The notes: generated by a model not told the origin, from the letters alone. A stretch of 64,000 nt of DNA from a virus (IMGVR_UViG_3300042431_000676:5610-69609), one strand, 5' to 3'; positions 1 through 9,767 are shown, numbered from the stretch's first letter. Translations and numbers: made by a program.

Positions 1-42
1 ACTTATATAATAAGTTTGGTTCTATTATATAAGTATTTTTTA
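1..42 (+). terminator. Probable intrinsic terminator of an upstream gene
   Basis: Inverted repeat acttatataata (1-12)/tattatataagt (23-34) followed by a T-run. Confidence 0.5.
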
Positions 43-69
43 TTACATTAATAATTTTCATAATATATT

Positions 70-210
70 CATCTGTGTATGTGAATGTGTGGAGTAAGCA
101 GATAGGACACACACCAAACCCTAATGGTTTATGGCGGAAAAATAAATTTCCAAAATAGGGGAAAATCAATAGTTAAGATAACTTGACAGCTTGGAAAGAC
201 AAGCATTTTT
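70..210 (+). ncRNA. Unclassified structured RNA candidate upstream of tmRNA
   Basis: No ORF; serial hairpins tgtgtg/cacaca, aaacc/ggttt, ggaaa/tttcc, agtta/taact, gcttg-gaaaga-caagc; possible cccta(119-123)/taggg(156-160) pairing. Confidence 0.35.
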
Positions 211-218
211 TAAAAAAA

Positions 219-635
219 GGGGTGGTCTGGTATTGATTGCTTGTGTTAAGTATTATAATTCAGCACAGAGAGATAACTGTTTAAAACTAAGGTGAAATCA
301 AGTAATTGGAAACACAAATAATAGTGTAGTGTCTTTAGAAGATAACGCACAAGTTGAAGCAAATATGAATATGGTTTTCTCTTTAATTAGAGAAGATGTT
401 GCAGTTGCTGCCTAAACATCAGTAGGGTTTTGTGTGTTACCCTTATAAATAAATGCTCTGGTGGATTCGTCATATTGAGAAATCAGTTTGACCCTGTTCT
501 AACATGAAGAATTGAAAGAGATGTAACCCTGAATGGTAGTCCAGATGAGGGTTTAAGTAAAGTTCTGCTACTAAAGCTGTATAAAATTATAATATCGAAA
601 TAAGTAAGACCTGGGTTCGATTCCCAGCCACTCCA
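219..635 (+). ncRNA. ssrA: tmRNA (transfer-messenger RNA)
   Basis: 5' GGGGTGG pairs with 3' CCACTCC(A), giving the G3.U70 alanine determinant; T-arm ctggg-ttcgatt-cccag at 611-627; internal tag frame 308-415 ending VAVAA-stop with UA at -5/-4 of the resume codon. Confidence 0.93.
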
Positions 636-663
636 CAACAAGCTGTATATCAGCAGTTTAAAG

Positions 664-764
664 ATGTAATTATATCATTTTAGAATTATGAGGGAAGTTC
701 TCATAATCATTGGTTAAGACCTTGAAAAATAGGAATAAGAGTTCAAATCTCTTTGTAATTACAT
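664..764 (+). ncRNA. tRNA-like structured element
   Basis: Closing stem atgtaattata/tgtaattacat, canonical T-arm aagag-ttcaaat-ctctt (737-753), internal hairpin attatgag/ctcataat; no canonical cloverleaf. Confidence 0.45.
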
Positions 765-778
765 TCTTTTTAAAACTT

Positions 779-874
779 AAAAGTTTAGAGTGCGAAATTA
801 GACATAGTGGGAGCAACCCTACATACATAGTTGGTAGTATAATGTGGCTACAAATAATTTCTATCTAAACTTTT
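779..874 (+). ncRNA. Putative small structured RNA
   Basis: Terminal stem aaagtttaga/tctaaacttt plus inner gaaatta/taatttc enclosing a GC-richer core; followed by a T-run. Confidence 0.3.
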
Positions 875-890
875 TTATAATATAACAAAT

Positions 891-995
891 GAATAAATCA
901 ATCCTGCCAAGCCTGTGTGAGTTAGTAATCTGAATTTCTTGTACCAAGATATATGATGAAGACAATATGCCAGTAAGTTCAGTCAATATTTATTC
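891..995 (+). ncRNA. 6S-like RNA candidate (resembles Flavobacteria 6S RNAs)
   Basis: About 105-nt rod: closing stem gaataaat/atttattc, large internal bubble, inner stem ctgaattt/aagttcag; similarity to 6S-Flavo is from memory, not a search. Confidence 0.4.
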
Positions 996-1220
996 TCCGT
1001 TTGAGAATCATTTAGTTTTACACAAAATTAGAACAGTAAATTAAAATAAAGTTCGAGGTTAAAGCTAACCTATTAAATATGTAGATGCATAGCACAAAAC
1101 ATATTATGTTAAATATTCTTGTTGGTATTAAAAAATCCATAAGTTCTTTGATAGACTGATAGTAGAGCATTTTAAAATTAAGTTTTAAATTTGTTGTAAA
1201 CTATTATTTCTATTATTCGG

Positions 1221-1254
1221 TAAAATGAGTTTTGGGGATTTCTCATTTTTTTTA
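1221..1254 (+). terminator. Possible intrinsic terminator ending the ncRNA island
   Basis: aaaatgag...ctcatttt hairpin followed by a T-run. Confidence 0.4.
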
Positions 1255-1300
1255 TCATTAATTTTATTCATTTATTTTTTAACATTTAATTTTTTACATT

Positions 1301-1951
1301 ATGAACACAACAGTTCAAACACCAGTTGATTCTACAGTTGCAGAAGCACAAGAAAGAATCAGAAAAGAAATCTCAAAAGCAGGTTTAGAAGTTACAAGAG
1401 TATATAAAAGTGCTTGGCAAAAAGAAGGCACATTATCTGCTGAAATTAAACAGACTGTAAAAACCTTGAGTTTTTACCCAAGTAAGTCTGTAAGCAATGA
1501 CATGCAAGACAACATTTTTGATATCAAAGATTTTGGTTTTAAAGAAAATGAACCTTATGAAAATGTTGAAACAAGAGTTGCTTGGATTGATGTTCCTGTA
1601 GATTCTACTATTGAATCTGTAACAGAAATATTGAAAAGTTTTCCTAATGCTACTCTTTACAGAGTTTTGTCTAACAAACCAATCTTAAATGATAGTCAAA
1701 AATATGCTATTACTGCTGGATTGACTACTATGGATGTTATTGGTAACAGACAAGTTGTTAGATACCCAGACAATCATCCTGATGCAGGAAGTTTGGTATT
1801 GGATGAAAATGGAAAATGTCAATATCGTCAAGTTTGCTTCAAAGTAAGCTCTATTGGAGATATGGACACAAGAACTGCTGAACCATTAGATGTATATCTA
1901 ACAGCAGAAATTAAAAATGAATTAGAAGAAGCTGGTCAAAAAGTTCTTTAA
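1301..1951 (+). CDS. Hypothetical phage protein
   Basis: 216-aa ORF with AT-rich leader and its own downstream terminator. Confidence 0.75.
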   Translation: MNTTVQTPVDSTVAEAQERIRKEISKAGLEVTRVYKSAWQKEGTLSAEIKQTVKTLSFYPSKSVSNDMQDNIFDIKDFGFKENEPYENVETRVAWIDVPVDSTIESVTEILKSFPNATLYRVLSNKPILNDSQKYAITAGLTTMDVIGNRQVVRYPDNHPDAGSLVLDENGKCQYRQVCFKVSSIGDMDTRTAEPLDVYLTAEIKNELEEAGQKVL

Positions 1952-1970
1952 ACTAATTTATCAATTATTT

Positions 1971-2009
1971 ACAGAAAGTGAAGATTTTTTCTTCACTTTC
2001 TGTTTTTTT
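1971..2009 (+). terminator. Rho-independent terminator
   Basis: Perfect 14-bp stem acagaaagtgaaga/tcttcactttctgt plus T-run. Confidence 0.85.
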
Positions 2010-2052
2010 ACTAATGTTAAAAAATAAATTATTAATATGAAAAATTATTCAA

Positions 2053-3357
2053 ATGGGATTAACAAGCCACCAAACAGACATTTTAAATGAATCTTTAGAA
2101 ATACTTGAAACTTCTAAAAGGTTATTGATTAAAGGTTCTGCTGGAGTAGGAAAGACATTTATGGTAGATGAATTATTAAAAGTTTTATCTAAAGCTATTC
2201 CTAAATACAAATCTATTTATTGTTCTGCTCCAACAAACAAAGCTGTTTCAGTATTAGCTGGGAAAATTACAGAAAAAGAAGATGCTAAAAATTTAAGTTT
2301 AATTACTATTCATTCTGCATTGAAAATTGGTATGGTTACTGATAAAAATACAGGTATAAAAAGTTTTAAACCTTTAATTTCTAATAATCCTAAATATATG
2401 CCTTTAGTTGGTGTAGCATTACTAATTATAGATGAATCATCTATGATAGGAGAGGAAATGTTAGGTTGGATTGAAGAACATGCTACAATAAACAAAACAA
2501 CTGTTATTTTTATTGGAGATGATAAACAAATAAATCCAGTAAAAGAAGAAGAAAGTCCTGTATTTTTACAAGGTTATCCAGAAGTAGAATTAACTGAAAT
2601 TATCAGACAAGGAGAAGGTAATCCTATTATAACATTGAGTAGAAATATGAGTGCTATGTGGGATTTACAAGGAAGAACAGTTGATAATAAAGGTTTTGTT
2701 TATACTACAGATGAGGATAGAATTATTAATGAATTAGCTACTATAAATGGTTCTGATGAGTTAAAATATTTAGCTTGGGAAAACAAAGAAGTAGATAAAA
2801 TTAATACATTAGTAAGAGAAAAAATTTATACTAATCCTGCAAAGATTGAATTAGGAGAAAGTCTTATCTTTGATGAACCTTATCAAACATATTTTACAAA
2901 TCAAGAAATCAAAGTCAATACACTTGATATTGCTGATATTTCTTTCAATGTAATGATGGAAGAAAATCCTATGAAAATTAATGTAGTTGTATTAAAAACT
3001 TATATTGTTAATGGTAAACAGGTTGATGAATGGGGTGATGGAAAATTACAATGGAAAGGTGTTTTTATTATACACGAAGATGCAGAAAAACAATTAAATG
3101 CTGTATTAACTCTGTTAAAATATAGTTGTCTTAATAAGAAAATAAAATGGACATACAAAAATGCTTTTGAAGACAGATTTGCCAAAGTAAAATATAATCA
3201 TGCTATTACAGTACATAAATCACAAGGAAGTACATATAAACAAGCAATTCTTAATGTTGGAAATATTAATCGCAATCCAAGTCAAAAAGAGAAAACAAGA
3301 TTATTTTATACAGGTATCACAAGAGCAAGTGATTTATTAATTTTATACAATGTTTAA
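2053..3357 (+). CDS. SF1B helicase, Dda/RecD-like
   Basis: GSAGVGKT, APTNKA, IIDESSM, GDDKQI, LTEIIRQ, TVHKSQGSTY, YTGITRA motifs. Confidence 0.9.
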   Translation: MGLTSHQTDILNESLEILETSKRLLIKGSAGVGKTFMVDELLKVLSKAIPKYKSIYCSAPTNKAVSVLAGKITEKEDAKNLSLITIHSALKIGMVTDKNTGIKSFKPLISNNPKYMPLVGVALLIIDESSMIGEEMLGWIEEHATINKTTVIFIGDDKQINPVKEEESPVFLQGYPEVELTEIIRQGEGNPIITLSRNMSAMWDLQGRTVDNKGFVYTTDEDRIINELATINGSDELKYLAWENKEVDKINTLVREKIYTNPAKIELGESLIFDEPYQTYFTNQEIKVNTLDIADISFNVMMEENPMKINVVVLKTYIVNGKQVDEWGDGKLQWKGVFIIHEDAEKQLNAVLTLLKYSCLNKKIKWTYKNAFEDRFAKVKYNHAITVHKSQGSTYKQAILNVGNINRNPSQKEKTRLFYTGITRASDLLILYNV

Positions 3358-3359
3358 AA

Positions 3360-3638
3360 ATGAGTAGTAATCGAAAAACTTATAGTTTAGAAGGTAAGAT
3401 AATTGCAGTAACAAATGCAATTCAGATAGAGAGAAGAGATGGTAATCCATTTAACAAAAGGACAATTGGTGTAGAAACTAATGAAAAACAAATAGTATTT
3501 TTTGAATCACGAATTGATTTAGATACTCAATGGAAAATAGGAGAAAAGGTTTCTGTTCAATATTACTTTGCTGGTTCAATCAAAGGAGAAAAAGTATATA
3601 ATAATATTATTGCTTCTAAAATTATTCCTAATGAGTAA
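3360..3638 (+). CDS. Small OB-fold protein, DUF3127-like (putative ssDNA-binding)
   Basis: LEGKII...FNKRTIGVET...IGEKVSVQY...YNNI pattern typical of Bacteroidota DUF3127. Confidence 0.55.
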   Translation: MSSNRKTYSLEGKIIAVTNAIQIERRDGNPFNKRTIGVETNEKQIVFFESRIDLDTQWKIGEKVSVQYYFAGSIKGEKVYNNIIASKIIPNE

Positions 3639-4029
3639 TAAATTGAGTTCCGAAGAATTAAGTGATATAATGATTGAAAGTCTTGTGTTAGCAACTATGT
3701 TAATTGAAAGATTTCAAATTATGGAAGAGAATAAACTTTTAGCATTGAAAGCAAAACAAAGTGTAAAAGGTTCTATTCCTCATTTAGAAAATTATGTAAA
3801 TAAAGTATTTGCTGTAAAATCAGAAGATGCTGAACACATGAAAAAGGGAGCTACTTATGTAATGGAAATAATAAATAGAGTTGATAGAAGTCTAAAAACT
3901 ACTAATTTAACAACCATTTCAGATAGAAAAACCTACCTACAAGAGTTTATAAATGATACAGCTTTATTTCCTGCTCAAAAAAAGGATTTATATGAGAAAA
4001 TTAGAGATTCAGGAATTATAGAATATTAA
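3631..4029 (+). CDS. Hypothetical protein
   Basis: ORF; ATG at 3631 overlapping the previous stop is preferred over 3568. Confidence 0.65.
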   Translation: MSNKLSSEELSDIMIESLVLATMLIERFQIMEENKLLALKAKQSVKGSIPHLENYVNKVFAVKSEDAEHMKKGATYVMEIINRVDRSLKTTNLTTISDRKTYLQEFINDTALFPAQKKDLYEKIRDSGIIEY

Positions 4030-4033
4030 AATT

Positions 4034-4267
4034 ATGGCTGTAAAACAATTCACCTATCTTATTGGTTATCTTGGATTGATACCTCAATATCATACTATAT
4101 ATACTCCAGAGTTTTATAGATTTGAAAAAGAAAAAATACATCCTAAACACAAACAACCATTACCTCAACAAAATCTAATGTTGTCTAATAGAAGAAGATT
4201 TTTTAAAATTCATAAACCTTCTAAACAAGACAAATCATATAAAGGTACTGGTAAAAATTATAAATAA
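4034..4267 (+). CDS. Small basic hypothetical protein
   Basis: Tightly packed ORF in operon. Confidence 0.55.
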   Translation: MAVKQFTYLIGYLGLIPQYHTIYTPEFYRFEKEKIHPKHKQPLPQQNLMLSNRRRFFKIHKPSKQDKSYKGTGKNYK

Positions 4268-4269
4268 TT

Positions 4270-6381
4270 ATGAATCAACAATCTACATGGATATATGATG
4301 AAGAATCATATCCTAATTTATTTCTACTATCTGCTAAAAATCCTTTTACAAAGGAAAGAAAGAAATTTCAAATCAGTTGTTTAGCAGATGAAAGAGGTGA
4401 TTTAGCAAAATGGTTATTGAATGATGTAGAAAATATGATTGGATTTAATAATTTATTCTATGATTATCCTGTTTTACATCATCTTATTACTAAATGTATG
4501 AATATGTCAGCACAAGATGCTTGTCTTTCTATATTTAAGTTTGGTGATAAAAAAATTAAAACACAAGGTAGTGGATTCAGTAAAGCAACTACTCCATTAA
4601 GAAAGCAAATTGACTTATTCAAAATTAATCATTTTGATAATAAGGCAAAAATGACTTCTTTAAAACTTTTACAATTTAACTTGAGATTGAATAATATACA
4701 AGAGTTACCATATCCTGTAGGAACATATTTAACAAGAGAAGAAATTTACAAAGTTATTGAGTATTGTGATAATGATGTTGATGCTACAGAATTAACCTTT
4801 TTCAAAACTCTACCTGGAATTGAATTAAGAGAGGTACTTTCACCTAAATATAACATTGATTTTACAAACTTCAATGATGTTAAAATAGGAGAACATATTT
4901 TTATTAGTAAGATTATCCAGAAAGCAGGGGAACATCTTGTTTATACAGAGTTTGAAACTCAATCAGGAGGAATCAGAAAACTACCAAGAAATACTATTCG
5001 AGAAACAATAAATATTGGAGATACTATTCTCCCTTTTATTGTGTTCAGAGAAGAACCATTTCAAAAAATTCTTAATTGGTTTAAAAGTAAAACTATCAAA
5101 GAATTAAATGGAGTATTTAGTAAAATTCCTTTTGATGATTTGAAATCATTAGAACCCTATTATTTTGTTCATAAAACTGTTGGGAAGCAGAAAAATTTGA
5201 ATATTGTATATAAAGGTTTTCAATATGATTTTGGAGTTGGAGGTATTCATGGTTCAATTGATGCAGGTTGTTATACACCAGCAGAAGATGAATTGATTGT
5301 TGATATAGATGTAGCTGGATATTATCCAAGTATGTCTGAAAAATTCAATTTTGAACCTGAACATCTTAAAGGTGTTTATGCCGAAGTACATAAAGAAATT
5401 AAAGAAGAACGAAAACTATATCCAAAGAAAACTCCTGAAAACACATCAATGAAATTAGCAGGGAATGGTTCTTATGGTAAGGGAGGTAGTGAATTTAGTC
5501 CTTTATGTGATAAGCAATATGTAGTACAAACTTGTGTAAATGGTCAATTACTTTTATGTATGTTAGCTGAAACATTGACAATAGAATTATCTTTCTATGA
5601 AATGTTACAGATTAATACTGATGGTTTGACTATGAAGATTAAGAAAAAAGATTTAGAATTGTTCAGATTAATCTGTAAGAGATGGGAATCTTTAACAGGT
5701 TTAATTTTAGAAGAAGCATTTTATTCTAAAATGGTAATAAGTAATGTAAATAATTATCTTGCAATTTATGACTATGGTGGTGTCAAAAGGAAAGGTACTT
5801 ATGAATATGAACTTGAATTACATAAGAACTTTTCTATGTTAGTGATTCCAAAAGCTCTTGAAGCCTATTTTGTTCATGGAATAGATGTTCAAACTTTTAT
5901 TTACAATCATACAGATTTATATGACTTTTTTAAAAGAACTAAAGTTAATAAAACTGATAGACTTTTGAGTGTAGTATATGATGAAGATGGTAATTCAATA
6001 TCTGATAACGAGATTCAGAGAATTACAAGATATTTAATAACAGGGGAAGTAGTATATACTAAAGAAACTAAAAAATATCATAATGTAGGTCAAGGTATAT
6101 CACTAATAAAACAAATGCCCCCTATAGAACCTAAAGATAGTAAGAAATTGAGAGATGCTTATTCTTTTGCTACTGTTGAACAAGGTTATGAGGGGAGTTT
6201 TGAAGATTTTAAACAACTGGTGAAAAAAGTAAGACATAATAATTATGAAGCTGGTTTTCTTTGTACTGTTATCAATCAAATGATTACAGATGAAGAAATA
6301 AAGAAAATTATTTATTATCCTTATTACATAGCAGAAGTTTATAAAATCATTAATGTTATTGAGAAAAATAATGGGATTTAA
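4270..6381 (+). CDS. polB: DNA polymerase family B, crAss-like type
   Basis: Exonuclease motifs YDEES, GFNNLFYD, YCDND; polymerase motifs DIDVAGYYPS, KLAGNGSYGK, INTDG. Confidence 0.92.
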   Translation: MNQQSTWIYDEESYPNLFLLSAKNPFTKERKKFQISCLADERGDLAKWLLNDVENMIGFNNLFYDYPVLHHLITKCMNMSAQDACLSIFKFGDKKIKTQGSGFSKATTPLRKQIDLFKINHFDNKAKMTSLKLLQFNLRLNNIQELPYPVGTYLTREEIYKVIEYCDNDVDATELTFFKTLPGIELREVLSPKYNIDFTNFNDVKIGEHIFISKIIQKAGEHLVYTEFETQSGGIRKLPRNTIRETINIGDTILPFIVFREEPFQKILNWFKSKTIKELNGVFSKIPFDDLKSLEPYYFVHKTVGKQKNLNIVYKGFQYDFGVGGIHGSIDAGCYTPAEDELIVDIDVAGYYPSMSEKFNFEPEHLKGVYAEVHKEIKEERKLYPKKTPENTSMKLAGNGSYGKGGSEFSPLCDKQYVVQTCVNGQLLLCMLAETLTIELSFYEMLQINTDGLTMKIKKKDLELFRLICKRWESLTGLILEEAFYSKMVISNVNNYLAIYDYGGVKRKGTYEYELELHKNFSMLVIPKALEAYFVHGIDVQTFIYNHTDLYDFFKRTKVNKTDRLLSVVYDEDGNSISDNEIQRITRYLITGEVVYTKETKKYHNVGQGISLIKQMPPIEPKDSKKLRDAYSFATVEQGYEGSFEDFKQLVKKVRHNNYEAGFLCTVINQMITDEEIKKIIYYPYYIAEVYKIINVIEKNNGI

Positions 6382-6586
6382 TTTTGAATTACTTGGTCCA
6401 ATTGTTGTATTTGATGCTAAATCATTGAGTATGATAATTAGTGAATTGTATGATATAGAAGTATATCCTTTACAAATCATTTCTGATAAAACACATTCAA
6501 TATTTCAAAATATGAATTTACCTGATAATCTTAAAGCAGAAATTATAATCTTACCTTTTAGGTATAAAAAAAAGTTTTTAACATGA
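6371..6586 (+). CDS. Hypothetical protein
   Basis: Overlapping start/stop with both neighbours. Confidence 0.55.
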   Translation: MGFNFELLGPIVVFDAKSLSMIISELYDIEVYPLQIISDKTHSIFQNMNLPDNLKAEIIILPFRYKKKFLT

Positions 6587-7842
6587 AAGAAGTTTTAAAA
6601 AAGTTAAATTTGCTACTTAAAAAACACAATTCTATTTTAGATTGTGTAGATGATGTTTTAGCATTAAGAGAAGCATTAACAACAGAAGAAGATGTAACAA
6701 TCTTTGTTAATAAAGTCAGAGCTATTGTACAAAAAGAAGCTACTCAAGCAGTTATAAATGCAGGAGGGAGAGGTCTTGTGGCTATGGCTACTGGTAGTGG
6801 AAAAAGTAAAGTTGCTATTGATTTGTTAAAGCATTACAATCCTCAAGGTTCTAAATATGACAATGTTTTAGTTGTACCAACAGAGAAATTAAGAGATGAA
6901 AATTGGAAAGAAGAATTTAGTAAATGGAAAGGATTATCTCTATATGATAAAACTGAAAAACTTTGTTATGCTTCTGGTTCTAAAATTGAAGATTTTGATT
7001 TTAATACTTGTGTTCTTGATGAGTGTCATAATATGACTGAATTAGCATCTGAATTGTTTAGTAACAATCATATTGAAAATGTTATAGCTTTAACAGCTAC
7101 TGTACCAAATGATGAAGAAAAATTACTTATTTTTCAAAGATTGGGTATTCATGTTGTTTATAGTCTAACATTAGATAATGCTGTTAAGTTAGGATTTGTT
7201 GCTCCATACAAGATTACTGTTGTTCATACAAAATTAGACAATGTTATTAAAAATGTTCAATCTGGTAGTAAAGATAAACCATTCTTTCAGACAGAGTTAG
7301 CTAAATATAACTATTTATCTACTTTATGTCTTACAAGACCTGGACAAATTTCTACTTTTAACAGAATGAGATTTATTTATAATCTTGAAAGTAAATTCAT
7401 TGCTGCTCAATATATTCTAAATAATCATATTAATAAAGAGGACAGAACTCTGATATTTTGTGGTAGTATAGAAAAAGCAGAGAAAATTTGTAAAGAAACT
7501 TTCCACTCTAAATCAGGAGATACTTTTTATAATGCTTTTAAAAAAGATGAAATTAAAAAATTATCTTGTGTGAAAGCTATCAATGAAGGTCATAATTTTA
7601 TTGGATTAGATGGAGGATTAATTCTTCAACTTAATTCAAAAGAAAAAGATTTGATTCAAAGAATAGGAAGATTGATTAGATTTAGACCTGGACATGAAGC
7701 TCATATTTGGATAATTGTCTGTGATGAAACACAAGATGAGGTATGGTCTAATACAGCATTAGCTAATTTTGACCAATCTAAAATAGAGCATATTAGTTAT
7801 GAATCTTTAAAACAAAAAAGTAATGAATGTAAGATTGTATAA
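6583..7842 (+). CDS. SF2 (DExH) helicase
   Basis: MATGSGKS, LDECH, LTAT, NEGHN, IQRIGRLIR. Confidence 0.9.
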   Translation: MKEVLKKLNLLLKKHNSILDCVDDVLALREALTTEEDVTIFVNKVRAIVQKEATQAVINAGGRGLVAMATGSGKSKVAIDLLKHYNPQGSKYDNVLVVPTEKLRDENWKEEFSKWKGLSLYDKTEKLCYASGSKIEDFDFNTCVLDECHNMTELASELFSNNHIENVIALTATVPNDEEKLLIFQRLGIHVVYSLTLDNAVKLGFVAPYKITVVHTKLDNVIKNVQSGSKDKPFFQTELAKYNYLSTLCLTRPGQISTFNRMRFIYNLESKFIAAQYILNNHINKEDRTLIFCGSIEKAEKICKETFHSKSGDTFYNAFKKDEIKKLSCVKAINEGHNFIGLDGGLILQLNSKEKDLIQRIGRLIRFRPGHEAHIWIIVCDETQDEVWSNTALANFDQSKIEHISYESLKQKSNECKIV

Positions 7843-8026
7843 AGATGGGAAACTCAATAAGATTACTACATTAAAAAGAAATGCTATTTTATCTAAAACA
7901 GATAATCCTGGTGCTATGTTTACCAGAGAACAGATTACTGTAATTAATGATGAAAATAGGACTTTTTCTTATGAAGAAACTGTTGAGATAGAATTATTAA
8001 TCCAAAAAGAAAAACAATTATGCTAA
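7823..8026 (+). CDS. Hypothetical protein
   Basis: Short ORF coupled to neighbours. Confidence 0.5.
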   Translation: MNVRLYKDGKLNKITTLKRNAILSKTDNPGAMFTREQITVINDENRTFSYEETVEIELLIQKEKQLC

Positions 8027-8556
8027 TAAATCCAGAAATAAATGTTGTACTGAAAACCTTTGGTATTCCTGTAAATGATGGGATAGCTTATTTGTTATCT
8101 ATTTATTATGATGTAAAACCTTCTTATACTCCTTTAGCTTTAGTAGAAAAAATGAATAGAACAAGAATATTAGTATTAGATGAAAAATCTAAAACTCTTG
8201 ATTGGAATGTTCCTTTGTTTGAAGAACAAGTTACTGGTTTTGAATGGGTTAAAGATTGGATGGAAGAATTTAGTAATATTAATAAGGACAGAAAAGGAAC
8301 TTATCGAAATGTTGCTGCAAGAATGAAAACCTTCTTTATCAATAATCCAGCAATTAGACAAGATGAAGTAATGGAAGCTACTAAAATGTATTTAAGAACA
8401 GTTACACAACCTATGTATTTAAAGACTTCTCATAAATTTATTTATGAAGGTCAAGGTGCTGAAAAAGTATCACATTTATTAGAATGGGTAAATAGATACA
8501 AAGAGATGACTGTTTCTGAAAATGGTAGAAGTGGTTCAAATAATACAATGATGTAA
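8020..8556 (+). CDS. Hypothetical protein, possible replication initiator or helicase partner
   Basis: Translationally coupled (TAATG) to the DnaB-like gene; function inferred from position only. Confidence 0.55.
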   Translation: MLINPEINVVLKTFGIPVNDGIAYLLSIYYDVKPSYTPLALVEKMNRTRILVLDEKSKTLDWNVPLFEEQVTGFEWVKDWMEEFSNINKDRKGTYRNVAARMKTFFINNPAIRQDEVMEATKMYLRTVTQPMYLKTSHKFIYEGQGAEKVSHLLEWVNRYKEMTVSENGRSGSNNTMM

Positions 8557-9767
8557 TGAATCTTATTGAAGCATATAAAAAAGGACAAGAAGGAGCAAAT
8601 AAAGGTCTTCCTATGGGAGAAGGTTTAGAAAACATTTCTGCTGCTATTAATGATTTACAAAGAGCAATGATTTATGTTGTTGCTGGTGCAGCTAAAGGTG
8701 GAAAATCAACACTTGTTGATGCTGGTTTTGTTATAGGTCCTTGTTTATTTGTTATTAATAATAATTTCAAATATTTGAAACTCTTGAGTGATGGTTTTAC
8801 AAAAGAACAAATAAAATCTATTCATAATATTTCTCATATAGATTTAGAAATAATCTATTATTCTTATGAAATAGACAGGATTAGTAAAGAGTTTGATTTT
8901 GTTGCTCATTTCTTAAACTATGATTTTGGTATTCAGAATATTAGTTTGGATGAAGGTGTTTTGTATGAAGGAAAAAATATCATTGAATTATCTTCTAATT
9001 ATTTAAGAGGTATTTTATCTGATGATAATGGTAAGATGATTAAAGTCAAACCTGCTATTTTTGAAGCAATTAAAACTGTTTATGAAAATAGAATAATTCC
9101 TTTATTTGGAGAATATGATGTCAAAGGAGACCTTATAAAAAAAGGTATAATTAGTTTTTTTGAAAATAAAGACAATCCTACAGGTATCAGAAACTATCTA
9201 ATAAAACATGCTGAATTAAATGGTAAAATTACATATAGTAAGTTTACAGGAGCTGATGGTAAAATTCATAAAAGAATTATGAAATATGAACCAAATAATC
9301 CTGAAAAATATACTTTTATTATTACTGACCATTTAAGAAAACTTATTCCTGAAAGAGGATTTACTGCAAAACAAACTGTTGATAAATTTTCAGAATATGC
9401 TGTAGAAATGAAAATTTCTTTTAAGTATAGTTTTGTTCATATTATACATCTAAATAGGTCTATGACAGACACTAATAGAATTAAACAGCAGGATGATATG
9501 TTATATCCAAATTCAGATGATGTCAAAGAAACAGGTAATTTAGCAGAAGATTGTGATGTTATGCTTACAATTTTTAATCCAAATGATGATAGATATAATC
9601 TAACAAAACATTTTGGAAAAATGATTAAGGACAGAGCAAACAATTTACTATATCCTTATATGAGAAGTATTCATCTTGTAGAAAGTAGGCATACTATCTA
9701 TCCTAAACATTTTAGAGTAGATATGTTAGGAGGAATTAAGAAATTTAAACAATTAATAATTAAATAA
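8556..9767 (+). CDS. dnaB: Replicative DnaB-like (SF4) helicase
   Basis: Walker A GAAKGGKST, YSYEI, ITDHL, HLNR, KETGNLAEDCD. Confidence 0.85.
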   Translation: MNLIEAYKKGQEGANKGLPMGEGLENISAAINDLQRAMIYVVAGAAKGGKSTLVDAGFVIGPCLFVINNNFKYLKLLSDGFTKEQIKSIHNISHIDLEIIYYSYEIDRISKEFDFVAHFLNYDFGIQNISLDEGVLYEGKNIIELSSNYLRGILSDDNGKMIKVKPAIFEAIKTVYENRIIPLFGEYDVKGDLIKKGIISFFENKDNPTGIRNYLIKHAELNGKITYSKFTGADGKIHKRIMKYEPNNPEKYTFIITDHLRKLIPERGFTAKQTVDKFSEYAVEMKISFKYSFVHIIHLNRSMTDTNRIKQQDDMLYPNSDDVKETGNLAEDCDVMLTIFNPNDDRYNLTKHFGKMIKDRANNLLYPYMRSIHLVESRHTIYPKHFRVDMLGGIKKFKQLIIK

